A stretch of 64,000 nt of DNA from assembly GCA_977017575.1 (NCBI GenBank), contig CDRNVI010000004.1:310001-374000 (forward strand), in the 5' to 3' direction. Under the pieces are notes generated by a model. It ran no database searches. It saw nothing but the letters and a program-made list of their open reading frames with translations, and was not told where the DNA came from. A program made the position numbers and the translations under genes. Of the stretch, positions 10,671-22,119 are shown one piece after another; within the stretch, counting starts at the first letter, position 1, and each line of letters opens with the position of its first letter. This DNA comes from Paramoeba atlantica. Its lineage: Eukaryota > Protista > Discosea.

Positions 10671-13600
10671 TCAGCCAGGCATGCGTGAGACAAGCATTCT
10701 CGATTGAGAACGCATCAGGGTGAGGTTAAGCTCTTGAAGCAGCTGACGGGTAGCTGCTTCTTGAGATAGAGTCCCCTGGGAACATGAGGCGCGATGCTTC
10801 CCAACCCATCTAAGGATTGATAGGGCACTTGCACTCCAAGCACCATATGATTCTACCACCATGGCAACAAACACATGTTTTGCTTGTTCCGCCTCCTCTC
10901 TCTCTTTCACCTTGTGAGAAGCGGCGTAGTGCTCCGCAAATGATCCTGCCGCCACCCCGTTAGCGTTGCGGACTAAGTCCGTGTATTTAGGTTGCTGAAC
11001 GTGGGTGACAGCAAAATCAAGCACCAGACCTTGAGCTTTCTCATAGCCCGGAATAAAGACATCGCCCGGCCTCGTGGGACAGCCGCCAGGCCCTAGGTTC
11101 CCCAGGCTTACCTCACGTGAAGGTGATAAATTCGCCTTGGAGCACGTGTCGGTGAATTGTGTAATGAGCGCATTGTGGCGGGAGATCAGTCCATTCCCAC
11201 TTTTGCAAGACACTGCATGGTTTCCTTCGAGGTCGAGAGGTTGTTGGCATGTGTTAATTGGGCACGTTGTCAACTCGTTGTAGACCTTGGCACCTAACCA
11301 CCACCTGGAGAGGGCGCGGAATTCTGTGGGTGTGTAAGCGTGGCCAAGCTCTGTTGATGGGATGCAAAATGCCCAGCTGCTGGCCCCATCTCCAGTCTGA
11401 GAGGTGTACCTCGCGCGAGTGCTACTGTCTGCCGCTGCGTACGCACATGAAAATTCGTGCGCCGAGATTGCGTCGCTCAAGGCACGTTGACGGGGGGTGC
11501 AAGAATTGTCCGTTTCTGTACTTTGACTAGATCCTGTCGGAAAAGGGGAGCTGATCTCCTCTAATGCTCTTCCCGTGTCCGGATCAACTACGGGGCCTCC
11601 GCTCCGGCGATTGATGTCCAGGACTGCGGAAGAGAATCCTTCTGCATCTGACGGTAGCCAACGATCCGTCTCTGCAGCAAAAGCAACTGAAGACACGTAC
11701 GCCGCTGAGCGGTGCGCAGATGCAGATCGGAGACCAAAACCTCCATACCGTTTCGGGCGTTGAACTTGTGATCGAGCTGAGGAGCTAAGCGGGCATATAT
11801 TCCATTCATACGCATGGAGGACTGCTTCATCAAGGCGCTGACAGAGTGCAGAAAGCTCATGTGGTGGGGTAGTTCGAAGCGAATGGACCATTTGACAAAA
11901 ACCCGCACACTGTCTGATCAATGACAAGGCAATTTGAGGATCTTCGAGCATTTCTATAGCTTCCAGGGTCTCTTCTGCCGGTTCCACGGCGTGTGTCGTA
12001 AGGAAATCTATGCAATGTTGAGCAGAGCCTATGGGGCTCCCAAGAATGTCAAAATTTCCTTCGCGGTTTATCTTGGGTTCCGGAATATCGGAAAAAAGAG
12101 CAGTTTGGTGTGCCGAGGCAGGGTTCGTTATTATTTCGCATTTAGAGGTATTGATGTGAAGACCCCACTTAGGACCAACTCGAGAAAGAGTCTCTAAAGC
12201 GAAACTGACGTCTTCGGCCTTACCGGCTATTACCCCGTCGTCGAGGTACCAGAGGTGAAGCTGGAGACTGCCTGGGAGTGCTTCTTTGATCATTTTCGCG
12301 GCTTCGAGCATTACGAGGGAAAAAAGGAGAGGCCCTAGGGGGTCCCCTTGTTGAACCCCCTCGGATGATGGAAGAGTTCTGGAACCGTAAGTTAGGAGAC
12401 TATCCGTGGAGTAGGTCCACTCCACCCATGCTGACAATTCTGGAAAATGTTTGCGAAGTAAGGCGATGAACGCAGATCTGGATACTCTATTGAACGCGTT
12501 CGCTAGGTCCACCTTACATAGCACAAAGTTCGTGTCATCGGCATGGCGGGACATAGTCTGTCGGCACAGGTGGATCACCCTCTCCGATCCGGCTGGCGTG
12601 GCAACCCCATACTGTATTCCTTTAAACAAGCGACTAGCTTTTTTCTTGGCTGTTAGACATGCCACTTTACCAACCAAACGACGGATTGTCCCGCCTGCGG
12701 CTATAGGTCGGACGTCACATGCTCCTTTCTGAAGTGCACACAATCTGGCCCCAGCGAAACGTTCCTGAATCTCGAATGGAGCTTTTCCAGAAAGAAGCAC
12801 ATTGACTACGTCTGTAAGAGCGGTGAGAGGGTGTACTTTCTCGTCCACGTGGGCACGTAGTGCTATCTGAAGGTGCTCAGCTCTCAGCGACATCGTTCCG
12901 CCAGATGATCCCTTGCGAAAGCTGCCCAAAGCGTGCTTAACTTCTTCTTCGTTTACTTTCAAGGGAGGTGCGTTAGGGTACGGGAGATCTTGAAGCATGC
13001 AGTCCTGCGCACGAGTGGGATGCTTTGCCATCAACTTGCAGTACGTTTCGTCGTTGTCAGGTGCAAAGGGTGCCGCCGTTAGTGCACTCATTCCACGAGA
13101 GACTTCACCCTGGCGTACAAGTTTTTCGCATCGTTCTTTTGCCATTCTTACTTCTTGCGCAAGCTCCTGGTCTTGATCTTGGTCTTTGGTTGATGGGTGC
13201 GACGACTTCGTGTTGTTTTTGGTCGCTTCAATCCACAGAGCGGTAAATTCCCCTTTTCCCCACCTTTCTAGGCTTTTTGTCACATGTGAGGCATAAGAAA
13301 GACGACCTTTGCGCCCCCCGCGGTTCGGGGCCGGTAGAACGCATTTAGGCAGCATGCCGAGACGGGTCCATGCCGCTACGGAGTTCTCGCTGGCTACGGA
13401 GGATAATACATCGGTGAGCGTTTTCGCCCATTGGTAGCGGCATCGGAATGGAACATCCCTAGAAGTGTTGATAGGAGTCATGCAAATATCAGAAAGCGAT
13501 GGTAAAGGAAGAGGTTGGACACTCTGTGAGACATCGGTGCTGCGCGAACCGTGGTCCAATGAACTCTGCGTCAAGTTATTCGCGGGATTGGCTACAGAGT

Positions 13601-14582
13601 CAGTCGAGGTTCCTTTGCAAGCGTTGTCGTGTGTTGCTCGTTTGCCTTCTTCGTAATGTCGCCCGCATTTCTGGCAGAGAAAGCGCCCTTCGTTCGTCCA
13701 CCAGGATTCGGGCACTTCATTCGCGTGTCTTGTAGCTACGTGGTTGTAGTAAGCTTGCCACCTGCCGCCATGAGCGAGTGTTTTCCACACGCACCCTTTA
13801 ACTGGGCAAGTTTTCAAAGAGTCCTGAGGCGTGTTGCGGAATGCGGCTACAGACGGAGGAAGTTGGGATTTGCCGCTTGGTGTTTTGTCTGTCCGGTGAC
13901 CTGTCGTAGGAAAATAATTCGAGAAGCTTTTCGCTATGTCTCGGCGGCGCTTTTGTTTACCGTTTTGAGTGGGCTCAGGTGTCACGCTGTCTTCGTGCTC
14001 GTCACCCTCGGGGCTTGAAGAGTTGGTACCGTCAGTACACGTCGTTGCCGTTCGTTTTATTCGTTTCTTCTTTCTCCTACCTTTGCGTTTTGTTGTGATT
14101 GTGAAGTCAAGTTCAGTAGGCGTGAGGTCTGGAAACATCATCGCGTTCTCTGTGTCAACGGCACCTTCCATTCTCCTTGTTCGACGCAGGCATCTCTCCT
14201 TCACAGCCCTGTTTGAAGTTTGTAATTGGCTGGGTGAATTTGAGTGCGTTCCCTCGAAATGGAAAGGGGAAGGTTCATCGTCCCGACGCACACTGCAGTG
14301 TATTTCTTCCTCGGTTCTTTCACTTGCTAGTTCATTCGCATGCCCCAAATCTGGCGTTGAGTCCTGCGTTGCCGTCTTCATACTTCGAAGGATTTCGTCC
14401 GTTCTCTTTTCCCAGTCCTGAGGAATATCATTAGGGAGGGCTGTGGTGTAGATTAGCTCATCGTACGTGCTAGGTCCCTTCACTAAAGATTTGTTTGCCG
14501 CAAATTGATCCCAGGACCCAAGTGTGTGAGACGACGCCTCCTCCTCGAAGGTCGGATTTTGCTCTTCAACGGATGTGGGCAT
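10671..14582 (-). CDS. Full-length family A RLE retrotransposon protein
   Basis: Intact 1303-aa ORF, same domain order as 5693-9283; SL at 14628-14662. Confidence 0.95.
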   Translation of the reverse strand: MPTSVEEQNPTFEEEASSHTLGSWDQFAANKSLVKGPSTYDELIYTTALPNDIPQDWEKRTDEILRSMKTATQDSTPDLGHANELASERTEEEIHCSVRRDDEPSPFHFEGTHSNSPSQLQTSNRAVKERCLRRTRRMEGAVDTENAMMFPDLTPTELDFTITTKRKGRRKKKRIKRTATTCTDGTNSSSPEGDEHEDSVTPEPTQNGKQKRRRDIAKSFSNYFPTTGHRTDKTPSGKSQLPPSVAAFRNTPQDSLKTCPVKGCVWKTLAHGGRWQAYYNHVATRHANEVPESWWTNEGRFLCQKCGRHYEEGKRATHDNACKGTSTDSVANPANNLTQSSLDHGSRSTDVSQSVQPLPLPSLSDICMTPINTSRDVPFRCRYQWAKTLTDVLSSVASENSVAAWTRLGMLPKCVLPAPNRGGRKGRLSYASHVTKSLERWGKGEFTALWIEATKNNTKSSHPSTKDQDQDQELAQEVRMAKERCEKLVRQGEVSRGMSALTAAPFAPDNDETYCKLMAKHPTRAQDCMLQDLPYPNAPPLKVNEEEVKHALGSFRKGSSGGTMSLRAEHLQIALRAHVDEKVHPLTALTDVVNVLLSGKAPFEIQERFAGARLCALQKGACDVRPIAAGGTIRRLVGKVACLTAKKKASRLFKGIQYGVATPAGSERVIHLCRQTMSRHADDTNFVLCKVDLANAFNRVSRSAFIALLRKHFPELSAWVEWTYSTDSLLTYGSRTLPSSEGVQQGDPLGPLLFSLVMLEAAKMIKEALPGSLQLHLWYLDDGVIAGKAEDVSFALETLSRVGPKWGLHINTSKCEIITNPASAHQTALFSDIPEPKINREGNFDILGSPIGSAQHCIDFLTTHAVEPAEETLEAIEMLEDPQIALSLIRQCAGFCQMVHSLRTTPPHELSALCQRLDEAVLHAYEWNICPLSSSARSQVQRPKRYGGFGLRSASAHRSAAYVSSVAFAAETDRWLPSDAEGFSSAVLDINRRSGGPVVDPDTGRALEEISSPFPTGSSQSTETDNSCTPRQRALSDAISAHEFSCAYAAADSSTRARYTSQTGDGASSWAFCIPSTELGHAYTPTEFRALSRWWLGAKVYNELTTCPINTCQQPLDLEGNHAVSCKSGNGLISRHNALITQFTDTCSKANLSPSREVSLGNLGPGGCPTRPGDVFIPGYEKAQGLVLDFAVTHVQQPKYTDLVRNANGVAAGSFAEHYAASHKVKEREEAEQAKHVFVAMVVESYGAWSASALSILRWVGKHRASCSQGTLSQEAATRQLLQELNLTLMRSQSRMLVSRMPG

Positions 14583-14627
14583 GGGATCGCGACCCGGGTA
14601 ACAAAGAACAAATTAATAAAAATAATT

Positions 14628-14662
14628 CAACAAGGTACAGAAACTGTATCTTTATCGTTAAA
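14628..14662 (-). other. Spliced-leader relic (35 nt)
   Basis: Exact copy of 45301-45335, 46 nt upstream of ATG. Confidence 0.85.
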
Positions 14663-14698
14663 TAATCGCTCCCCACCCTTTCACCGAGGCATCGGTGT

Positions 14699-14734
<36 letters not shown>

Positions 14735-15061
14735 CATTATCTTCACCAGTACTGTAATATCAACTTCGCGAAGTAAGTATCAAAAATTTTTTTTTTTTTT
14801 TTTTACTTTTCCTAAACCTTTTGTTTTTTCTCAGCCCAAAACTAGCAATTTAATCTCCCCTAAGTATATACTACAAACAAGAAACAGTAAAAACTAAAAC
14901 AAGCAATACAGACCCAATCCATTCGCGCGTTCCTAAACCTTTTTTTTTTTTTTTGGGGCATCTTAAGCGCTTCTTGCCATACTTCTTGAAATCTCGTGTC
15001 AACAGCTGGGGACATCCATTTCGTACGACGAACGGCCCTCGCCTCCGCTTTGTTGACTTCG

Positions 15062-15092
<31 letters not shown>

Positions 15093-15295
15093 GGTATAAT
15101 CACACTTCCAAATAGTTCTGAAAAATCTATCCTGACTGCAGGCTTTAGAAGAATAAACTTCCACAAGTGTGAAATCTTTATGAGACATGTTCACCTTCCC
15201 CCCTTCTCTCAATTTTCAAAGAGAAACTATCCCGAAAATGAAATCTATATAATTTTATAAGCTGACTCAGCTTATAGTGATATTGTGTTTAGAAC

Positions 15296-15907
15296 TTATA
15301 TACTATATTCTTGAGTTTGCGTGCAGCCGTCTAAGTATTTCTTTAGCTGCGCATAAATCCCTAATCCATTAAGCTCCTGAATCGTCAGCTTCATTTCGAG
15401 TTCGACCTGTTTCCTGTTTAGCATGGCCGCGTCTGCTAGCGAGTGTACCAAGTTCTGCGTATTGCGGTGCAAAGCGCCTCCTGCCAGTACGGGTAAACAT
15501 TGAAATGAGTCTTCACGAATTAAGTTCGTACGTACATATGTGTTGGACTTTCGCTGCAGCGCGTCATTCATGAGCTGTGTGCATTTCTTTCCACGATTAG
15601 ACATTGAGAGTTCGTGAATAACTGTCAGATCATAGAAGACCGCACCCGTGTTCCAATAGATCACGAGATCGGGGCCAGAACGACAAAGTTTTTTTCCTGC
15701 ACAAGTCTTCTGATGTACCAACTGGTTTTCCTGACTGATTGTAGATCGGCAAGCGATGCACTTCCACGTAGAAAAGTTTCTAGGTTCCGTTTCACATGGG
15801 ATGCCTGCTTTCACGCATAGACGATGTAAAAATCCGACAAGTGAGTTATGTTTCACGGTCGTATTTATACCTGAACATTGAGCACAGCCTGGGATATGGG
15901 TGAGGGC
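15296..15907 (-). pseudogene. Family B RLE 3' fragment
   Basis: Near-identical to 31840-32451; HIPGC..KHN..RSGPDL..YDLTV; poly(A) 15063-15091. Confidence 0.9.
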
Positions 15908-17614
15908 GTGTAGAGACGATGCTTGTGTGGAACAACATCGGGGTGGGGAGGTGGAGACCGTGGAACATTCTCCAACAACTCGTTTCTCCACTCTGCTAGC
16001 ATGGAGCGAGTGTCGACAGGGAGTGCGACCGGACGGTCACATAACTTCGGGCAACGGTTCAACAAGTTGATACGCCGTTGCGCCACCTTCAAAGCGAAAT
16101 AAAATCGCGGCATATTGAGCCGGAGAACTGCGGAGCCATAAATGAGGCGCCCCACCACCGCCTCTAGGTCAACAAAGGAAATGTTGAAGAAAGAGTCGGC
16201 TCGCAGTTTCCTGATCACTCGCGGTCCCAGGCAGACCGTATGCGCGTTATGGTCGAACGCCACCCCATTGAACACGTACTGTGCTACAGGGGGCTGACCC
16301 CGATCTTTGAAAAGACCGTTCGCCTTGTCGCAACGCTCGTCAATGAACTGAGCGTACGTGGTGGCCTCGGAGTGGGTTCCTGCAAACCGAACTCCGTCAA
16401 CATAAACGTCGATAGCGCCTCGGTGAAACGAGTAGCGCTGAGAACAAATCGACGCCTCGCCAGCAATCGCGGCGGTAACCGTGTGCATAACCTCCGGTGC
16501 ACACCTATGGCCCATCGGGAGGACGTTCATCTCAAACACGTCTCCACTGTTCGTTCTAAGGCGGAATTTGGGCCGCGCCCTCTTCGGGATACCAATCTGG
16601 TAAAACCCGCATGTGAAGTCCCGCTTCACAGCCATCGGCTCGTGCGCCTTATGAAGGTACTTGGAGGGATGATATAAAGGGACCTGTGGTTCATATCCTT
16701 TAAGTCTATCATTATCGTCCCGTGTCCACGAAATAAACCTTCTGCGCTGATTGCCCTGATCATCGGTCTCCACAACCGTGAAGGGAATCATGAACTGCAT
16801 CGATGGGCGCTTTCTCAACTCCTGCGCCGGGACCTTAGAGATTATGCCTGCGTCCTCCAACAATCGGACGTCCGCCTCAGGCAATGAACCTTTCACACTA
16901 GGTTCGGGGTACGGGGCTTTAGGTACCCATAATAATTCATCCACTACCTTGCGAAAACGAGTGGCAGCTGACATACTCATCCACTCCTTAACCTGATCCA
17001 AATGGATAACAGGTATCGACTTCTTAACGTGCAAAGGTAGGGGTGCGTCGTGTGCCTTGGCTAGCCGTGAAGAGCGGCGTGCACAAACAACGGAGTGCCT
17101 GCGAAGGTAAGGCACTTCCTCGAAGCACTTTGCCACGTGCTCCGAGGTTACAGCACTGGGAGACGTGCTGAGACTCTCTGCGTCCCTAGAGCCCTTGCCG
17201 TTGTAATACTGCTTGCGTTGTAGCGCAACAGTGATTCGACGTTGAGGTGTTTCGTGAGGTTCTGGACGTCCTCCATCCTGAGATTCCCGAGGGAGATCTC
17301 GTGGAATAGGTAAGTAATTGCACCTCTTTTTATGGAATGTGTTCCATACCCCGGACCGAGAAGTTGATTCATCCTGTGGTCCATCTCCCGGACCGTCGTG
17401 TAACACAGGCGCTGGCCTGGTCTCAAACTTCCCACAAACTGAGCCAGTTCGGGTGTCCCCGGTCCAGTCACTATCGCGTAGAGGTACGGCCGGTAAGGAT
17501 TCAGACGGGTTGTCTTGGTCCCCCTGCCCCAATAAATGATTACCTCGTGACTGGCCACACTCACGAACTGCTCCCGCCTCAGGTCGGCGGTCTCGGTCCA
17601 TCTCGCAGCGGCTT
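15908..17614 (-). mobile_element. VIPER/TATE-like element, truncated: tyrosine recombinase C-terminus (17148-17614) overlapping RT
   Basis: HSIKRGA..KH..LLRY; RT KRDFTCGFYQI, LPMG, YVDG; near-identical to 50260-51966; interrupted at RNase H start by insert with TSD GTGTAGAG (14695-14702, 15908-15915). Confidence 0.88.
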
Positions 17615-17879
17615 ACACAAAACTTTAAACGTAACAAAATAACAACCTAACAAGAATATAACAAACGAGTAAACACCCCCCTCCATGCAATTAGAGAATA
17701 CTACATCATAATTTGAGAAAATTATGTGCCCCGAAGGGCCAGCAGGCAAATATATAGCCGCCCCTCGGCTAAATTTCAAAACGTGAACTATTAAACAAAG
17801 GTCTTCAAAAAAACAAAGGTCTTCAAAAAAACAAAGGTCTTCTGTACCTTGTTGAATTTTTCTACTCCTTTCAATTTTC

Positions 17880-18920
17880 ATGCAGCAACGAGTTCTTGTT
17901 ATCCACAGTGAAACTGTGCAAACGGGTGACTCAGCCTTCACCTTCGGAACGTGCGAAAAAAAGCAGGATGATGACGCATTGCCGAAGCAACGTTCCGCGA
18001 GTGAGCTCCGAAAGGCCGCGAAACTACACACTCGAAGTTCTGGACCTGTTTCTCTGGAAACTCTGGACGACATTGGTTTTGGGAGGCGGAAAAAGAAGCA
18101 TCGTCGACCCACATGGCGCCCCTTACACGATGTTTACAAAGAAAGTGGAACTTTCAGTTCCGACAACGAGACGCGCGAGCATCCGCGTAAAAGTTCGAAA
18201 TGTCGTGCAGCATCCGAGTACAGATCCCCGGTGACTGAAAAGACGAGTACAGCCGCCGAGACAAGCAGAGTAAACAACGAGTTGAGTACTCCAAAGCCAT
18301 CGACACATGCATCCCCCATACCATCACAAACGAAAACACCTGAAAGACACACACCAGAAGAAAAGGTGACGCCATCGAACTTGCCACCGAGTCGAAATGC
18401 AGGTGCAACAGAATACGGTGCCGAAGCGGACGGTGAAGCCGAAAATTCGGTTGATGAAGACGCACCACTCTTTCGAGCGTTTCCTATAGCTCCAGACCAT
18501 CTCCTCAAAAAAATATCACAGTGGGGTAAAGGGACGAAATGCGTCGTTAAGTGGTCCTTTCGAAACTACGAAGACATGATTAACCACTCAATTGGTGAAG
18601 TCGTCTCACGCAAAATGCGGAAAAAAGCACTACACATTCAAGTCAGTTACAAGCCTGCCCCGGGAACGACGGGACCGTCTGGAATACTTCACTTTCCTCA
18701 ATCTTCTAAGATCAAGATTCTACACACCCACGCGACAGAACTCCGCCAAATTCCAAACTCTGAAGTGCAGACCATGGAAAACGTAGCAGACGAGACTGAG
18801 GACATTGACAACGGAGGGGATTTGGAACCGTTACCACCTTTCACACCAATTGACTCAACCTTTTCTGTACACGTAATCGCCATTTTTCGATCGATCATCC
18901 GAGACTATCCTCGAGCTTCG
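17880..18920 (+). pseudogene. SL-headed 5' part of a family B-related element, lacking RT
   Basis: SL remnant 17840-17854; GTKCVVKWSF..G.V..Y and VIAIFRSII align with family B N-terminal region. Confidence 0.7.
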
Positions 18921-19216
18921 AGGGGAGAAGGTGTTGCGGTAGCGTTTGTTGACTTTTTTTTTTTTATATACCATATGTATATTGCGACGAAATGAGAACC
19001 GAACTTAATACAAAGTCTTTTTTTTTTTTTTACGTGACTCGATAAGTTCATCTCGCACATCAACTTCTTATCGACTTTACATCACAACTTGCGGGAGGAC
19101 GCAGACTAGTCCTCACGTTTCTCTTAGCTTTCCGTGAGCGCGAAGATTACTCATCCGGAAGTTGACGAAACCCAGCCGAGCTGAAAGGAGGTTTGGGCGC
19201 TCGGCCAGGGGGGGCA

Positions 19217-19335
19217 TTCGATGAAAATTCATCGAACGCACGGTGCGTTCGATGAATATTCATTGAACGGCGTCCCGTTCGATGACCAAGCGTCCCGTTC
19301 GATGAATATTCATCGAACGGGCAGTGCGTTCGATG
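19217..19335. repeat. Array of 4-5 palindromic TTCGATGAATATTCATCGAA-type repeats
   Basis: Directly visible; one is a perfect 28-bp palindrome. Confidence 0.85.
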
Positions 19336-19833
19336 AATCATTCATCCAACGGGCACTGCTGCACGATTTTTTCGTCTCGATATTTTTGGGGGAATTTGAA
19401 CATTACCATCTCGTTTACATGTCTGGAGGCAAGGCCAAACTGTCAGCGAAGCCGAAGTGTGCAAGCAAGGCCCCCGTCTGCGAGCAAGGCCCAACTGTGA
19501 GCGTAGCCCACTTCTGGAGGCAAAAGCCCCCCTTTGAGAGCAAGGCCCAACTGTGAGCGTAGCCCTGGGACATAATAATATTTTGGCTTGGGGGTACGTT
19601 CGTTGACCTTCCCCCCTTCTCTCGTGAGAGAAACTACCTCCAAAAATAACTAGAACAGAACTTACAAGTAAATGAATAAATAAATAGATAAATAGATAAA
19701 TAAATACGCTAACCTGAAAATGTCTATAAGTATTTCGTATTGGCGCTACCCCCCATTGTATGGGGGTAGTTCTAACTAAGCTTACGCGTCTTTGTAAGCT
19801 AAATCTTATAATTCTATATATTTAATATTTGAC

Positions 19834-20403
19834 CTACGATAGTGCTTTGCTCATTTGAGAACACAGCACAGTGCCGTTTAACTCCTGGAGGTGCATTATG
19901 AAATCTTGCACAACGATATCGCGATCACGCCCGCTAGCATCGGCCAGAGATTTCAGGAGAGCCAGGCCACTTTTGTTCATTGCTCCTCCGGCGAGTATTG
20001 ATACGCATGTAAATTTTTCATGAGGTATTAGATCCGAGTTAACATACGTGTCGACTTTGCGTTTTTCGGCTTCCTGCATTAGCTGATTGCTCCGTTTACC
20101 GAGATTCGTCTTGGATATTTCATTTATGATAGTGAGGTCATAGAATATCTCACCGGACGCCCAGTAAATTGCTAAGTCTGGTCCGCTGCGATGGAATGAT
20201 GCGGTTCCACACTTTTTCTGATGTTCATGTTTGCGCTGTTCATTCACCGATTCATTACATTTCAGGCATCGATAAGTGGTGAATTGTCTCGGTTCCCGCT
20301 CGCATGGGACTCCGGTCTGAAGACAGAGGTCGTAAATATGACGAACGAGAGCATGATGTCGCGTTGTCGCATTTGCGCCTGTGCATTTAACGCAACCGAG
20401 CAA
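19834..20403 (-). pseudogene. RLE C-terminus of an internally deleted family B element (SL at 20547-20581)
   Basis: RHHAL..CEREPR..RSGPDL..YDLT; MGVFTRSKANESGVAP start at ~20523 homologous to 27850 and 39009. Confidence 0.85.
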
Positions 20404-20546
20404 TCAACGTTCGTTGATTTCGTTGAGAAAATCCGGATTTTCGTTGAGTACTCAACGAACAAGCGGCAAAATCTCAGGAGCTACTCCTGATTCGTTTGCT
20501 TTGGAGCGTGTGAACACTCCCATGAAAGGTAAAAAAAGTAAATAAT

Positions 20547-20581
20547 CAACAAGGTACAGAAACTGTATCTTTATCGTTAAA
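20547..20581 (-). other. Spliced-leader relic (35 nt)
   Basis: Exact copy of consensus. Confidence 0.85.
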
Positions 20582-20931
20582 GATTATTGTACGTGTGCTT
20601 CTCTCTAGATTCGTGGGAAGCAATTTGCGAAGCCCAACTACCTTGATAACAAATTTTAGTACCCATTTTGGCCGCGCGGGGGCCCCCGCGTGAGCGGGGG
20701 TGCGCGCGGCCGCGAAACGGCGAGGGCCCGCGTGAGCGAGCCTGAGCCGTACCCCGCGTAGGATTCCCCTGTGCGTCGTTAGTGGGAAGCAATTTGCGAA
20801 GCTCACTGAATTTCGTAGTTTTCGCTACGCAGGCGTATGATTTGTTATGATTTTATCTTTGTAAACTTATGAGGCAATAGTTTTAAGAATCCTTCCGCTT
20901 TTTGATAACTTTTCGGATTTGTTTTTGTCCT

Positions 20932-22119
20932 ATGGATCAACGTAGCAGCCAGGAGCATGATGCAGACCGAAACGAGCGAATGTTCGCCCGATTTATGGCT
21001 CTCCTGGAATCTGCTACTTACGAGCGGCCGCCTACTGGACTGCGTGATTTACCTCCTCCCGAACAAGAACAACTCGATTTCTCTACTTGGCGCAGGCGAC
21101 CTGTCCCTCCTCTTTGTCATGGTTGTCCAGCTTTTACATGTGTTTCTCATTGGCGGAGTATTACCGATGTCCCGCAAGGACGTGATGCAGAAGACTGGAT
21201 GCGGAATCATGATTTGTTTTTCCCACCCATTTGTCCTTCGCACGGGCTCCACTTTATGTCCGACGTTCCAGGGATACCAAATTTAAGTATGTGTGGGCAT
21301 CGAGAACCCGGCAAGGTGAACCGTTGCCGATTCAAAGTTTGTAAATGGTCACCATTTATTTCTCCCCGTACGCAACTTACTCCAGGGCAAGTCTTGCTCG
21401 TATGGGCAGACATTGCGAACAACATTTGCACGGGTCAAATAACGCGTAATCGTGGACTTGATCGCAAGGTGGTTCAGGATCTCCTGCACACTCTTGCTGA
21501 TGCAGCGCTCCGTAACGAAACAATGTCTGATTATGAATTCAGTCGAGTGCAGGTCGATGAGACCTTCATCGGCAAACGGAAGTATAATCGGGGCCGTAGA
21601 CAGCGGAAAAGGGGATGGTGGTTCGCAACTGTCACGGAGTCTCGTGGCACTGGTAAAACGGGGCGGACCCATTGGAAATTGGTGAAGCGTCGTGATACGC
21701 CTACCCTCCATGGCTTCATCATTCCCCATCTTGCCAGTGCGCGATCCGTGGTAGTCAGCGATTGTTGGGGGGCTTACAATGGTTTAGACCAAGTTTGTCG
21801 TCACTACTCCGTGAATCATAGTAAGGAGTTTGTGAACGAGAAGGGATATCATACTAATGGTGCTGAGAGTGTCCACAACACCATTAAGTATTGGGTAAGA
21901 CTCCAACACTATAATTTTGGGGCAACAACATTGGAGTTGCAGCGAAACGTCGCGCTCCAGTGTGTAAAGTATGGGGATACCCATAATGGACGCGAGCAGT
22001 CTTGGCAGAGTCGCTTTGTTAATATAATGAAGTGTATAAAAGACAACTACGGTTTTCCCGTTCCCGAAGAATTTGAGGAACTCAGTTCCGATAGTTGCGC
22101 ATCAGACTACGAGGGATGA
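20932..22119 (+). CDS. Merlin/ISXO2 (IS1595-family-like) DDE transposase
   Basis: VQVDETFIGKRKYNRGR, VSDCWGAY, VNHSKEFVNEKGYHTNGAES; Cys/His-rich N-terminus; first ATG at 20932. Confidence 0.9.
   Translation: MDQRSSQEHDADRNERMFARFMALLESATYERPPTGLRDLPPPEQEQLDFSTWRRRPVPPLCHGCPAFTCVSHWRSITDVPQGRDAEDWMRNHDLFFPPICPSHGLHFMSDVPGIPNLSMCGHREPGKVNRCRFKVCKWSPFISPRTQLTPGQVLLVWADIANNICTGQITRNRGLDRKVVQDLLHTLADAALRNETMSDYEFSRVQVDETFIGKRKYNRGRRQRKRGWWFATVTESRGTGKTGRTHWKLVKRRDTPTLHGFIIPHLASARSVVVSDCWGAYNGLDQVCRHYSVNHSKEFVNEKGYHTNGAESVHNTIKYWVRLQHYNFGATTLELQRNVALQCVKYGDTHNGREQSWQSRFVNIMKCIKDNYGFPVPEEFEELSSDSCASDYEG

Noticed and set aside
15865-15991. ORF-track extensions across the 15908 junction (15296-15991 and 15865-17637)
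   Set aside because: Read-through between two unrelated elements
19140-19195. Hammerhead ribozyme (GACGAAAC)
   Set aside because: No CUGANGA core in the correct orientation
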